From NCBI GenBank assembly GCA_020632155.1, contig JACKGE010000001.1, positions 220,011-284,010 on the forward strand: a stretch of DNA of 64,000 bases. Direction: 5' to 3'. The position numbers were made by a program, and so were the translations under genes. Numbering within the stretch: the first letter of the stretch is position 1; every line of letters begins with the position of its first letter. Positions 27,120 to 37,270 of this stretch are shown one piece after another. The stretch comes from Candidatus Nomurabacteria bacterium (GTDB taxonomy: Bacteria; Patescibacteriota; Minisyncoccia; Phycocordibacterales; UBA918). The notes beneath the pieces were generated by a model, which worked only from the letters and a program-made list of their open reading frames with translations, was not told the origin of the DNA and made no database searches.

Positions 27120-28622
27120 TTATTCAGGTAAGCCATATTGTATTAGAGTCCAGTAGGCCTGTCTCTCTAACGTTTGCCCTTGCTGTAGACGGCCTGTGGC
27201 ATCGACCATATAACTAGGGGCTTGGTTACTGGTCACGATGATTGGGATGTCACTCCAGGCTGCCTGAACACGTAGCATGTTTTGTAGTTGGTACCAGAGT
27301 CTGGACGGTGAGTGAAACCAAGCGTGTGAGACGATATGTGCAACGAAGGCATGACCGTCAGCATTCAGCCGCAGTGGACTCGCAGATTCAAAACAAAACA
27401 GTATCGACAGAGTATCTGGTTCCTGCTGATTTGGTCCAGGCCTATAGTTTTGTGTCGTTTCTACCGTGTTAGTTAGAATTTCGTTCCGGCCGTTTCGTAA
27501 CAGTAGTAATACCCAGTAGGCGACAAATTCTCCCTGCGGCACAAGGTATTGTTTGTCATACAATTCCAGTTGGTTGGTTGAAAGGTTGTATGTATAGGAA
27601 CGCAGAACACTACCTTGTCCTGTTTCCAGTGAGGTACGAGCACTATCAAGTAAGATCGTAGATGAGCTGAGCTGACTTAGATGTTCGAGAGCGGCTTGCG
27701 CGCTAGTAAAGTGACTAGTGAGTCGGCTATCCTCAGGCAAGATAACGTAGTCGGGCTGGTATGACAAAGCAATTCGTACCGCTCGATTCAATTGATCACT
27801 TTGTAGCATGCGACCGCTTGAAGAGTTAAGCATTTCTCCAGAAAAACGAGTTGCAAGTGAGACCGCCGTAGTCCCCTCAATTGCGACATCTGTTTGATGA
27901 ATAGTGGTGTCTTGTTGAGTACCAATCAAGAGAATTAGAAGAAAGACAATTATGCAGTACCACCACCGCTTTGCACGAAGACATCCAAATAAAACAACCC
28001 CAAGACCACTGACTACAAAACTGAGGCCATAAACGCCAGCTAACTTTGCGAGTGTCAACATTCCCGGCCAAGCAGCTACCGCATACCCAAGATATCCAAA
28101 GCCAAAGTTGATGTTCGGAACGCTACTCGGGCCAAGCGAGTAGATTGAAAATAAAAAAGAGCCGCACACCTCGCTTAATACCAGCAGAAAAGGGAAAAGA
28201 TACAGTACTTTTTCACCAAAATATGTTCGTAGGGGTATATAAGCAAGAAAAGGTATGGCCGCACCAAAACCTATCGATACCCAAGTCCCAGTCCACAGTA
28301 CGCCAATCAACAGGAGTTGTGTCGGTAGCGTAGTTGGCAACCAAGGGATTGGATACACGTACCAAAACCAATGTAAGACAATGGCACTCTTAATACCAAA
28401 AATGATCCAACAATACAAAAATAGTGGTCGCGTGTGATTGACTCGCCGAAGACAATAGATAGTCAGACAAAGTCCCACGAACAGTAGCCAACTGAGAGTA
28501 GGAGATATAAATGCCAATCCAAGACAAGTCCCAGCTAAGGTGGGCATAAGAAACTGGCGTATCGTCGGTGTTTTTGACTGATTGCTGAGTGGGGTGTTCA
28601 GGATCGTTGAGTGCATGTGCAA
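27120..28622 (-). CDS. apolipoprotein N-acyltransferase-like (Lnt-like) protein
   Basis: Multi-TM N-terminus plus a C-terminal CN-hydrolase-like region with ILPED and CFES (Lnt E/K/C triad-like). Confidence 0.45.
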   Translation of the reverse strand: MHMHSTILNTPLSNQSKTPTIRQFLMPTLAGTCLGLAFISPTLSWLLFVGLCLTIYCLRRVNHTRPLFLYCWIIFGIKSAIVLHWFWYVYPIPWLPTTLPTQLLLIGVLWTGTWVSIGFGAAIPFLAYIPLRTYFGEKVLYLFPFLLVLSEVCGSFLFSIYSLGPSSVPNINFGFGYLGYAVAAWPGMLTLAKLAGVYGLSFVVSGLGVVLFGCLRAKRWWYCIIVFLLILLIGTQQDTTIHQTDVAIEGTTAVSLATRFSGEMLNSSSGRMLQSDQLNRAVRIALSYQPDYVILPEDSRLTSHFTSAQAALEHLSQLSSSTILLDSARTSLETGQGSVLRSYTYNLSTNQLELYDKQYLVPQGEFVAYWVLLLLRNGRNEILTNTVETTQNYRPGPNQQEPDTLSILFCFESASPLRLNADGHAFVAHIVSHAWFHSPSRLWYQLQNMLRVQAAWSDIPIIVTSNQAPSYMVDATGRLQQGQTLERQAYWTLIQYGLPE

Positions 28623-28626
28623 AAGA

Positions 28627-29934
28627 TTACTGAGTACCCTGCGATTGCAATTGTATTGTGGCTAGTTCTTGGGTCACAACCTCAGCGTCACTCCATGGCT
28701 GCTTGCTGCCATGAGGCCCCATGATGTACGGGTCAGTGCCTTTGCCGGAAATGATCACGTAGCCACCATCAACCGCTTTATCAATTGCTGTTTTTATAGC
28801 TTCCCGTCGGTCCATAATGACTTCGAGCTTACTCGTATCAGTGATGCCTTTTTCCATGTCAGCTATGATTTGTCGCGGGTCCTCATCGTACGGGTCTTCG
28901 TTGGTAAGAATGATATGGTCACAATAACGCTCTGCAATAGCAGCCATCTCTGGACGCTTCCAAGTATCGCGACCGCCACCCGTATTGCCAAGTACACACA
29001 CTTTGGGCACATCTTTAAAGGCCTGATAGAGTTTTTCGAGGGAGTCAGGGGTATGGGCGTAGTCCACTATGGCCGTCACGTTTCTAGTACTATCTTTCGG
29101 TGAATAGAAATGTTCAACGCGGCCACGTACCGGTGGCAGGCCACGAAGAGCCCTCTCAATCGTAGCGAGTGAGACCCCAAGAGCTTTAGTGATGGTGATG
29201 GCGGCTAAGGTATTATAGACATTGAATAACCCAACCAGCGGTACTCGGATGGTGGTCTCCTCACTTTGCGACTGGAAAATAAGACCAATGCCGTCTTTAT
29301 GTAAGGTGTGAAGCTTAAGATCAGAAAGAGTATAGGGAAGTTTTTCTTCGACATTAATCTTCAAGAAATCAGCTCCGTGCTCGTCGTCCACATTGGCAAC
29401 GATGTAGCGCGGTCTTTTCGTCGACCGCTCAAGTTGTTCGGCGATTTTCAATTTGGCAGCTTTGTACTTTTCAAATGAGCCATGGGATTCTATGTGCTCT
29501 GGTGCCAAATTAGTGAACACGAGAGCGTCAAGTTCAATGAATTTATGACGGAACTGTTTTGCCCCCTCGGAGGTCATTTCAATAACGGCGTGGGAACATC
29601 TAGCATCGACCGCTTGACGTAAAAAATGCTGCACAAAGAAGCGCCCTGGTGTGGTCATCTTATAGAGGTTCGGACGAATGTCACTACCGACCTTAAATTG
29701 AATGGTAGAAAGTGATGCGGTGGTATATCCTGCTCCTTCTAAGATGGCGGAAATAAGCTCCACTACCGTAGATTTGCCTTTAGTACCAGTTACTGCAATA
29801 ACCGTAATATCACGCGATGGATGTCGATACCACATTGCTCCTATCCAAGCTAACGCCAAGTGGTATGGTGGACGCAGTACTTCAAGCAAATGATGTGGCA
29901 ATACGCGTTTGAGCCAATACAGCAGAGTTCCCAT
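28627..29934 (-). CDS. Mur ligase family protein (MurE-like)
   Basis: VTGTKGKST P-loop, NLAPEH, and VDYAHTPDSLEKL C-terminal-domain motif. Confidence 0.65.
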   Translation of the reverse strand: MGTLLYWLKRVLPHHLLEVLRPPYHLALAWIGAMWYRHPSRDITVIAVTGTKGKSTVVELISAILEGAGYTTASLSTIQFKVGSDIRPNLYKMTTPGRFFVQHFLRQAVDARCSHAVIEMTSEGAKQFRHKFIELDALVFTNLAPEHIESHGSFEKYKAAKLKIAEQLERSTKRPRYIVANVDDEHGADFLKINVEEKLPYTLSDLKLHTLHKDGIGLIFQSQSEETTIRVPLVGLFNVYNTLAAITITKALGVSLATIERALRGLPPVRGRVEHFYSPKDSTRNVTAIVDYAHTPDSLEKLYQAFKDVPKVCVLGNTGGGRDTWKRPEMAAIAERYCDHIILTNEDPYDEDPRQIIADMEKGITDTSKLEVIMDRREAIKTAIDKAVDGGYVIISGKGTDPYIMGPHGSKQPWSDAEVVTQELATIQLQSQGTQ

Positions 29935-29952
29935 AAATACAGTATATCGCCT

Positions 29953-30552
29953 TTATGAGCTCAGGTATTTAAGTGCCTGTTTAATCACTTGTTCCGCGTT
30001 TTGGGGCTCGTCATGGTCTTCGGCTACGTGGCGCACTGCCTCACGTACTGACCGTTCCGGGTACCCCAAAGCCACTAGGGCATCAATGGTGTCAGAAAGT
30101 TCCTCAGAGGAATGGGTGTTGGATTCTGCTCCAGTTCCCCCAACGAGAACCAATAGATCGTGTTTATCACGTAGCCCGAGCACAATATTTTCAGCACTTT
30201 TTTTTCCGATACCAGAGAGCTTAGAAAGGTAGCTGGCATCATCATTTATGACCGCCTTGGCGAGAGTCGCGAGATCACTCTGGGCCAGTATCTGAAGCGC
30301 CGAGCGCGGACCGATCTTAGGTATAGTGAGGAGTAGTTCAAATACCCCAAGTTCTTCGGGGGAAGCAAACCCGTAGAGATCGTGTGCCGTTTCTCGCACT
30401 GCGAAGTACGTATGGAGTCTCACGGTCTCTCCGAGGGCACCTACACGAGTCGGGTAGGGAGTAAATACTTGGTATCCAAGACCACTTTTCGTCTCCAGTA
30501 CCACAAATGTCGGCTCGGTTGCCACCACGGTACCCTGAATGCTACGTATCAT
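29953..30552 (-). CDS. ruvA: Holliday junction DNA helicase RuvA
   Basis: MIRSIQGTV...LETKSGLGYQV OB-fold start, and HhH motifs (GIGKKSAENI). The ORF track begins at 30588 in-frame upstream. Confidence 0.85.
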   Translation of the reverse strand: MIRSIQGTVVATEPTFVVLETKSGLGYQVFTPYPTRVGALGETVRLHTYFAVRETAHDLYGFASPEELGVFELLLTIPKIGPRSALQILAQSDLATLAKAVINDDASYLSKLSGIGKKSAENIVLGLRDKHDLLVLVGGTGAESNTHSSEELSDTIDALVALGYPERSVREAVRHVAEDHDEPQNAEQVIKQALKYLSS

Positions 30553-30605
30553 AGGAGTCAGTATACAGAGCAAGTTCGACCATCGCAATCAACGCGCTTC
30601 CCAGT

Positions 30606-31457
30606 GTGTCCACGAGATGCGGTATATACTGTTTCAATATGCGAGGACGTGACATTAGTGTGCTATCCGTAGCGATAACGTTGCTGGCAGTGATAGTTGG
30701 AGGGGCGATATTATTGCGATCAGAGCAGTTGTTTTTTAGCGGCCAGCAAGATAATAAAACTGATTCAGCATTTACTTCAATAGCAGATGATTCATTCTCG
30801 AAAGCGCAGTATCACTTTGGTCATACAGAAGGAGCGTACGATCTGGTGTTAGCACGCCGGTACTATACTGACGTGACCCTTAACGCCACCGCTAAGTTCA
30901 ATAAGTCAGAAGTGTCCATGTCGTGGTACCAGCTAGCGCGCATCGATTTTTTAGAAGGTAAATATGGCTCCGCAGAGACAAAGCTCAAAATGCTTGAAAA
31001 AGAGTTTGGTGACAGTTTTTATAATGTGTATTACATCGAGGGTCTCGTCTACGGCTATCGCGCGCGCGATATTGGTAACAAGGAGGATTGGCAGCTAGCT
31101 GAAGAAGCATTTAAAAAATTTTTGGCAGTAAAACCAGAAAGTCCGTGGGCGCGTACCGACCTCTCGTGGGTCTACTTTGCACAAGGCAAGTTTGCTGACA
31201 TGATACCGGTTCTTGAAGAAGGACTTGAGTACGAACCAGAAAGTCCGTGGCTTCATAATATGTATGGCCTTGCGCTACTGAACACGGGACAGAACGACCT
31301 TGCTAACGAACATTTTAGTTTTGCACAAGAAAGAGCACGTCTACTCGATCCTGAGGGCTGGGGAGCAGCGTACCCAGGTAATGACCCAGCTGGTTGGGGG
31401 GTGGGTCTGGCGGAGTTTCAAGCGGTCATAGATGGTAATCTTCAACTTACAGAATAG
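30606..31457 (+). CDS. TPR-repeat protein with N-terminal TM anchor
   Basis: Repeated W/Y-L-G-x-A-Y 34-residue periodicity. Confidence 0.5.
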   Translation: MSTRCGIYCFNMRGRDISVLSVAITLLAVIVGGAILLRSEQLFFSGQQDNKTDSAFTSIADDSFSKAQYHFGHTEGAYDLVLARRYYTDVTLNATAKFNKSEVSMSWYQLARIDFLEGKYGSAETKLKMLEKEFGDSFYNVYYIEGLVYGYRARDIGNKEDWQLAEEAFKKFLAVKPESPWARTDLSWVYFAQGKFADMIPVLEEGLEYEPESPWLHNMYGLALLNTGQNDLANEHFSFAQERARLLDPEGWGAAYPGNDPAGWGVGLAEFQAVIDGNLQLTE

Positions 31458-31507
31458 TATACACAGAAAGTCAATCCAGTTGGCTAGACAGGGGCTATAA
31501 TAAACGT

Positions 31508-33247
31508 ATGTCCATATCTAGGATCAATATTTACACCATACTGCTCCTCGGAGCAGTTGTGTTTGGTGTTGCCGCAGTGCAGCTTTTTGCTTACGGCGTA
31601 AGCTTTGCTCGTTCAGTAGAGTTTGGCCTTTCTGAGATGTCACCACTTGGCCAATCTGCTGGGCGGGCTATGCCTGCTTCTGGCGAGAGTGTCTCATGTG
31701 TGATGACGTTTGCGCAGAACCCCATCGGACAGGGGGATAATCCTGACCTATCAGTTGCCGTTTCGCTTGACCCCTCAATGTCTGCCACCACCTACCCAAG
31801 CCTCATCGTCGCTCGTTGTGACAGCACTGTTTCTGCTTGCGAGTCCAGCTGGTCGTGGGCTCAAAGTCAGTTACGGTTACTGGACTTTCCTAGCGCTGGC
31901 GGCTGGACAAAGATCATTAGCCAAGGGAGCTACAATGCTATTCAATTTGGTGAACCTGTTACTGATCCTAATATTACAACTAGTGCTGATTCTCCAGCCC
32001 TCGCACGTGGGTCGTATCTCTATCGCTATTCTTTGCTCTACAGCACCTCTATCACTAGTGAACATGATGCGTTTCAGGTTGGTGGATTCTGGTGTGATCC
32101 ATCCAATCCACTTTACTCGACCTTTTTGTGTGAACCACAAACTTATACCGAGTCAGGTCACAGCGGCACGATCACCTGTGATAGCTATCTTGATATCGAC
32201 CCACCCCCACCCCCAACTGAGTGTAATGATGGTATTAACAATGACACTGATAGCGGTATCGACTGGGCAGGTATCCCGTCGTTGCCTGATACGTATGATT
32301 TCAACACTCAGCACCCTAACTCCTCCTACGCACCTACTGTTTGGCAGAATTCGCCAACAAGGATCATGTACACTGTAGAGGACCTTGAAGGGGATACCAC
32401 TATTATTTCAAATGATTCGTACCCGTATTTTAACAGCGATAGCCAAACCGCTAATAGGATCTGTAAAGTTGCTGGCTATAACACGGCACAAGTAACCCAG
32501 ACCATATCAGCCTACAACTTAGGAACGGTCGGTAACTCTATCGGGTCAGACCTCGCAGTTGCCATTTGGGATGGTTCTGACTGGGCGTTTGCACCAACTG
32601 CTGGTTATTACAACGCCATTTACACTATGCAGTGTTCTGACCCAGATCCGGGAGCCCCCCCTGATCTTGAATGTAACGGGGATCCTGACTGGCCAACTGA
32701 ATCGTCAGGGCCAATCGCCCATATTGAGGTGCGTGACGTCACTGCCAGTGGCTCGTATACTGGAAGTACTTTGCAGACAACCACAGGTAATACGCTAAAC
32801 TTACAATGGTGGACAACTGGCGGTGTAGCTACTAGTTGTAGCGGCCTTAGGTTTAGTACTGGCGGCGCGATATCTGGTTCGGATGTTACACCAAGTCAAA
32901 ACCCAGTCCCTGGTTCTCCGGTCACCTACCGAGTCGACTGTGAAGGCCCAGCCGGTGACAGTTTTGATACGGTGACCGTGGAAGCTGTTGGTACGGCCCC
33001 GTCTATTGAAAGCGATCCCCGTATACTCTACCGAGGTGAGGAAGCGAATATACAATGGAATACCAACGGTATTGATCCCGTACTTTGTTCAGTCAGTGGC
33101 CCCAACCTTGACATACCAGTCTTGTCTGTCGATACTGGCTCTAGTGACGAGACAATCAATAACGAATCCACCTACACCATTGACTGTGGTACTGCTGGCT
33201 CTGACTCAGTTACCGTACGTATCCTACCGGTCATTCAGGAGACCTAA
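31508..33247 (+). CDS. large secreted/anchored hypothetical protein
   Basis: N-terminal hydrophobic segment. Cys pairs and T/S-rich repeats. No motif. Confidence 0.45.
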   Translation: MSISRINIYTILLLGAVVFGVAAVQLFAYGVSFARSVEFGLSEMSPLGQSAGRAMPASGESVSCVMTFAQNPIGQGDNPDLSVAVSLDPSMSATTYPSLIVARCDSTVSACESSWSWAQSQLRLLDFPSAGGWTKIISQGSYNAIQFGEPVTDPNITTSADSPALARGSYLYRYSLLYSTSITSEHDAFQVGGFWCDPSNPLYSTFLCEPQTYTESGHSGTITCDSYLDIDPPPPPTECNDGINNDTDSGIDWAGIPSLPDTYDFNTQHPNSSYAPTVWQNSPTRIMYTVEDLEGDTTIISNDSYPYFNSDSQTANRICKVAGYNTAQVTQTISAYNLGTVGNSIGSDLAVAIWDGSDWAFAPTAGYYNAIYTMQCSDPDPGAPPDLECNGDPDWPTESSGPIAHIEVRDVTASGSYTGSTLQTTTGNTLNLQWWTTGGVATSCSGLRFSTGGAISGSDVTPSQNPVPGSPVTYRVDCEGPAGDSFDTVTVEAVGTAPSIESDPRILYRGEEANIQWNTNGIDPVLCSVSGPNLDIPVLSVDTGSSDETINNESTYTIDCGTAGSDSVTVRILPVIQET

Positions 33248-33333
33248 AAGAACTCCTCAAACTAACACCACAAAACCCACTACGTGTGGGTTTTGTGTTG
33301 CAATTTTACAAGGCTTACGGTATAGTTTCGGCC

Positions 33334-33597
33334 ATGCCAATAACTAGAGGAGCGCAAAAGGCCCACCGTTCATCGCTGAGAAAGCGTGTCTTTAACCTAC
33401 GTCGCAAGGGAGCTATGAATGACGTGGTCAAGGATATTCGCAAGCATGTGGCCGGAGGGAAGCTCGATGAAGCTGCGAAACTGCTACCAGCAGCACACAA
33501 GGCCATCGATAAGGCAGCCAAACGCGGTATCATAAAAGAAAACACTGCCGCCCGCAAGAAGTCACGCCTTGCTGCCGCTATCAAACGCGCTAAATAA
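33334..33597 (+). CDS. rpsT: 30S ribosomal protein S20
   Basis: MPITRGAQKAHRSSLRKR...AARKKSRLAAAIKRAK. Confidence 0.85.
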   Translation: MPITRGAQKAHRSSLRKRVFNLRRKGAMNDVVKDIRKHVAGGKLDEAAKLLPAAHKAIDKAAKRGIIKENTAARKKSRLAAAIKRAK

Positions 33598-33598
33598 G

Positions 33599-33626
33599 AA
33601 AAAACGCCGGAGGGCGTTTTTTGGTT
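33599..33626. terminator. bidirectional terminator after rpsT
   Basis: AAAAAACGCCGGAGGGCGTTTTTTGG. Confidence 0.65.
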
Positions 33627-33674
33627 TGAGTCAGTATGTAGGGGAGTCGTTCCGCTTTTTAAGGATTGGGAGTC

Positions 33675-33747
33675 GGTCACAAATCACTAAGTATATTTGT
33701 TCGTTTCACTCCAAATCTACTAAGTGTTTGCGACCCCGCCTCGCTCG
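33675..33747 (-). repeat. tRNA-3'-flank repeat element, copy R1
   Basis: About 73 bp matching 53089-53161 and 56166-56238. Shared blocks GCCGGGGTCG..AACACTTAGTAGA and TACTTAGTGATTCGTGACC. Same orientation relative to the adjacent tRNA in all three copies. Confidence 0.6.
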
Positions 33748-33843
33748 TAAACATCGCTACGGCTTTCGACTCCTGGCCGCAAGGTGCGAAGGCACCTTGC
33801 TTGGGAGCACCATTAGAAAAAACCCGTAATGGGCTTTTTCTAA

Positions 33844-33918
33844 TGGTGCTCCCACCAGGAGTCGAACCTGGATTACAGGTACCGCAAACCTGCGTTCTAT
33901 CCATTAAACTATGGGAGC
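33844..33918 (-). tRNA. tRNA-Arg (anticodon read as GCG) with encoded CCA
   Basis: Hand fold: acceptor GCTCCCA/TGGGAGC, anticodon stem CAGGT/ACCTG, loop TTGCGGT, T-arm CCAGGTTCGACTCCTGG, 3' ACCA. Confidence 0.65.
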
Positions 33919-34053
33919 ATGTGCTTTGTAGACTGTCTGCGCTGAGTGAAGTTCGAGGCGTGCGAGGAAAATAAATTGAGGTGAACTAGACTGTTCAGTG
34001 AAAGTTATTTTACGAAGCACAACAAAGAAATTCTTCAGTGCGGACAGTCTACA

Positions 34054-34524
34054 TTAAAATCCAAAAAATTCCAGTACCTTATGGAGCAGCGGCTCCTCCA
34101 AGTCCGCTTCCGGCAACCGAGCCGAAACCAGGTCCTCGATCTCCTCAACGTATTCTTCCGGTAGCGGCATTACCAGCAGGGTAGCATGCAGCTGTTTTGA
34201 CCTCAGAAAGAGGCGTGGGCCAATGGGATCTTCATCGTCGACTCGGTACCCATCGAGGCTATTGTACGGGTATACCTGTTCACCAATACGAACCCCGCGG
34301 GTACTAACGGCAAACGGAATGATCGCCGGCTCTCGCGCCGCCATGATACCCATGGCGGCGCCGGCTACACAAATAAGAATGGTAAACAGGAAGTTGCCAA
34401 AGAAAAATGCTGCCACCGCAACAGAGATGGTCACGATCCCAAGTATCCAGTACCAGTCAGCTCCTTTTTCAAAGTGGGTATGTTCAGGAGCTTCCCACGT
34501 AATAGCTGTAGTTACCTCGTCCAC
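34054..34524 (-). CDS. hypothetical membrane protein
   Basis: Two TM helices. Acidic C-terminus. Confidence 0.4.
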   Translation of the reverse strand: MDEVTTAITWEAPEHTHFEKGADWYWILGIVTISVAVAAFFFGNFLFTILICVAGAAMGIMAAREPAIIPFAVSTRGVRIGEQVYPYNSLDGYRVDDEDPIGPRLFLRSKQLHATLLVMPLPEEYVEEIEDLVSARLPEADLEEPLLHKVLEFFGF

Positions 34525-34571
34525 AATGCAGTAATTGTAGCATGTGCCGTAGCCCGTCTGTAGGTTGCAAA

Positions 34572-35339
34572 TTAGCGTTTACCGCCACCCCAGCCACGTC
34601 CACCCGAGCCGGTCCTACCAGCAGTACTACCACGTTCTTGATTGGTTGAAGTTATCGTCTCTAGTTCAGTTGAACTAATATACTGGGCGGTATAGGTCGC
34701 GTCTTGCGCTGTTAGTTGGCGAGTAAAGGCGCGTAGGTGGTTGCGTGAACCACGCAGCAAGTTCTCGTACACGAGGGTTATGTCCTCGTTGTCAGTTTGG
34801 GTAAGAAGACGAGCAAGGTCACTGATATCAAGGTCTTCAATGGTGGCACCGACGGTAAGGGCGTCAGTTTCAGATTGGGTACCTGCTGCCACGAGTGAGC
34901 GGTAGAGGTCCGCTAAGTTCTGATCGGTGAATACACCTACAGTATCGTCTGTCACAGGGTCGGTTACATCATATTTATTCAGCAGATCGCGCACTGCTTC
35001 GGTATGCGTTTGTTCACTCTGGGCGATATTCGCAAAAATCTGTAGGCCCCATTTCTCATATAGTGTTTGATACACATCTCGCGCTAGTTTTTCCTCCTCG
35101 CGCATCAACAACAGCCCCGCTCGTTCTTCGTCGGTGAGGAGTTCTGTTGGTAGAGAATCGACAGCTGGTCGCAGTGACACATAGTCTTCAGCAGCTGGAG
35201 TGTACTCTGCTTTCTCGTATTCATTGGCGTTGGTTTCGTTTTGGCTCGGCGTAGGTTGTTCACCCATATAGTTCCCAGCCGCGAGACCAGTAAGTAAGGC
35301 GACGATTGCCGCTAGTATAGTAGAGACATTCATGTTCAT
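34572..35339 (-). CDS. secreted ferritin-like DUF2202-family protein
   Basis: Signal peptide. Blocks REEEKLARDVY, SEQTHTEAV, GSRNHLRAF. Gly/Arg-rich tail. Confidence 0.55.
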   Translation of the reverse strand: MNMNVSTILAAIVALLTGLAAGNYMGEQPTPSQNETNANEYEKAEYTPAAEDYVSLRPAVDSLPTELLTDEERAGLLLMREEEKLARDVYQTLYEKWGLQIFANIAQSEQTHTEAVRDLLNKYDVTDPVTDDTVGVFTDQNLADLYRSLVAAGTQSETDALTVGATIEDLDISDLARLLTQTDNEDITLVYENLLRGSRNHLRAFTRQLTAQDATYTAQYISSTELETITSTNQERGSTAGRTGSGGRGWGGGKR

Positions 35340-35344
35340 TATAG

Positions 35345-35605
35345 TTAATCACTGGCTAAGACTTTCAGCGCCTCAGCTACCTGCTCGTCACGTTTTTTCT
35401 CCGGTAGGCTCTGGCACTGTTTGATGTGCATGAGCACATACTGTTCGCTCGTGCCTTTAAGAGCGCTGCGGGCCGCTTTGATCTGGGAGATAAAGGCTTT
35501 GCAGTCCTGTATCTTGCCCGATTCAAGGGCACCGCGCAGGGCCCGTATCTGGCCTTCAGCTCGGCTAAGGCGGTCAGCCAATTTTTTGTACGCAGGATTA
35601 GTCAT
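35345..35605 (-). CDS. csoR: CsoR/RcnR-family metal-sensing transcriptional repressor
   Basis: DUF156 fold pattern. Cys...His...Cys ligand set (QDC ... MHIKQC). The ORF track begins at 35650. Confidence 0.75.
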   Translation of the reverse strand: MTNPAYKKLADRLSRAEGQIRALRGALESGKIQDCKAFISQIKAARSALKGTSEQYVLMHIKQCQSLPEKKRDEQVAEALKVLASD

Positions 35606-35658
35606 ATGTATTTCGTTGATAAGGGTATACCCAGATAATAGCATTAGCACTTTACTTT

Positions 35659-35676
35659 GTATACCCCATGGGGTAT
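35659..35676. promoter_or_regulatory. candidate CsoR operator: perfect palindrome TATACCCCATGGGGTATA
   Basis: 18 bp perfect inverted repeat in the divergent csoR/MFP intergenic region. It resembles the GC-core CsoR operators (TACCC...GGGTA). Confidence 0.6.
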
Positions 35677-35686
35677 ATTACACTCC

Positions 35687-37270
35687 ATGCTACAAAGATA
35701 TAAATTGGCCCTTGGGGCAGGGCTCACCGTTGGGGTGTTTTTTATATTTGTTTTTCCGCAGGTTCACTTGCGAGCGACTGCTACCAACACGCCTGCATAT
35801 GACCCAATTTCTGAGGAAACAGTCTTCCTTGATAGTGCAGACCTCCCGCTTGCAGTCTCCGGTCTGGTCGAAGCTTCTGATCGGGCAGTGGTATCTGCTC
35901 GCACTAGTGGTGTTCTCACGTCTATTCTTGCCGCTGAGGGCACGTATGCGCCATCTGGTTCGGTGCTCGCACGATTAGACACACCCGTGGCAGATGCAAG
36001 AGTTGTCTTAGCGGAGCGAGAACTTGAGCTTGCACGTCTTGATCGTACGCTCGCGACTCGTCTTACTGAACTTGAATCAGTGCAGGCCCGTGCCGTAGCC
36101 TATAGTGCTGAAGAAATTGCCTTCTTGCGCGCTTCATCAAGTGACACCCGTATTATCGAAGCCACTGACAGTCTGCGCGGGCAAGCTGAACAGAGTCTTT
36201 TAGCTCTAGGCGCAGCACTTGATTTTGTCGACGATAATCGCTCCCTCTTTGACGCTGAGGCTCTCGCACAGTATAGACAGGTGGTAAGCGATCTCTACGG
36301 CTCTATCCCGAAACAGTTTCAAAGTAAGGTACAGGTACCAGTCTCTGGCAGTCAAAATATACAGGCGTTACTGGAGCTAATGCACACCGACGATTTCCTT
36401 GATGTTACAGCAATGCGCGAGCTAAGTTCACTTATTCATACAGAGCTGGCTCTCACCGCTGCGCTCTACGAAGGGGGAGAGCGGGACGCCTACATCGACA
36501 ATAATGATGCGCGTACCGAAGCGTATCTGACAGAGCGAACCGCACTCGTCGAAACACTCATTGCTCATGCTGCTCAAAGTGCCGCTGCTGGCACAAAGCT
36601 CGATGCGGTCCTTGAAGACGCCACGGTGCAACAGAAAAATGTAACAGTTACTGATATTGACCGACAAATGGCTGATGTACAGGCTGAATTTGGCAAGGCC
36701 ATTGAAGCTGCTGGTACGAACGTCGCTATGGCTGGTGTATCACTGGCGGCAGCTGAACGTTCGCTTGGTGACGTGCGGTCGCCATTTTCCGGTACGGTAG
36801 CAGAAGTGTTGGTTGATGAGGGAGAGTATATACAGGCGGGCACACCCATTTTGACACTGATCGGTAGCTCAGGCAGAGAACTTACGGTTGCCATTCCAAA
36901 TTCACTCTTGCCGCTAGTGCACACCGGAGCGGAGTTTAGTACAGACGGTCATGTGCTCGGAATAGTCGATCGTGTTGGCGTTCCGTATGGCGGCCATAGC
37001 GCGACCGCCGTTATCGTACTAAGTAGAGATGACGTCACTGTTGGAGAAACACTGCACGGCACCCTACTACTTGCTGGCAGTGACGATATATTTACAGCGC
37101 CACGGGGGGTTATCCACTTTGATTCAGAAGGACCGTACATCGTGTATCAAAACGGCATTAAAGCCCGCGTAGAAATTGTGTATGACGCTGGTACCACAGT
37201 GTATGTCACAACAGATACGTTTCTATCAGAGCCACTTGCGCTTGCTCGCCCGTTTGATCTACGTCTATGA
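35687..37270 (+). CDS. efflux RND periplasmic adaptor (membrane fusion protein, HlyD-like)
   Basis: N-terminal TM, long coiled-coil region, and a C-terminal beta-barrel-like region. Overlaps the RND gene start by 4 nt. The ORF-track TTG start is at 35657. Confidence 0.6.
   Translation: MLQRYKLALGAGLTVGVFFIFVFPQVHLRATATNTPAYDPISEETVFLDSADLPLAVSGLVEASDRAVVSARTSGVLTSILAAEGTYAPSGSVLARLDTPVADARVVLAERELELARLDRTLATRLTELESVQARAVAYSAEEIAFLRASSSDTRIIEATDSLRGQAEQSLLALGAALDFVDDNRSLFDAEALAQYRQVVSDLYGSIPKQFQSKVQVPVSGSQNIQALLELMHTDDFLDVTAMRELSSLIHTELALTAALYEGGERDAYIDNNDARTEAYLTERTALVETLIAHAAQSAAAGTKLDAVLEDATVQQKNVTVTDIDRQMADVQAEFGKAIEAAGTNVAMAGVSLAAAERSLGDVRSPFSGTVAEVLVDEGEYIQAGTPILTLIGSSGRELTVAIPNSLLPLVHTGAEFSTDGHVLGIVDRVGVPYGGHSATAVIVLSRDDVTVGETLHGTLLLAGSDDIFTAPRGVIHFDSEGPYIVYQNGIKARVEIVYDAGTTVYVTTDTFLSEPLALARPFDLRL

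Noticed and set aside
33315-33680. 121 aa minus-strand ORF overlapping rpsT
   Set aside because: S20 on the plus strand is unambiguous. The antisense ORF is a shadow frame.
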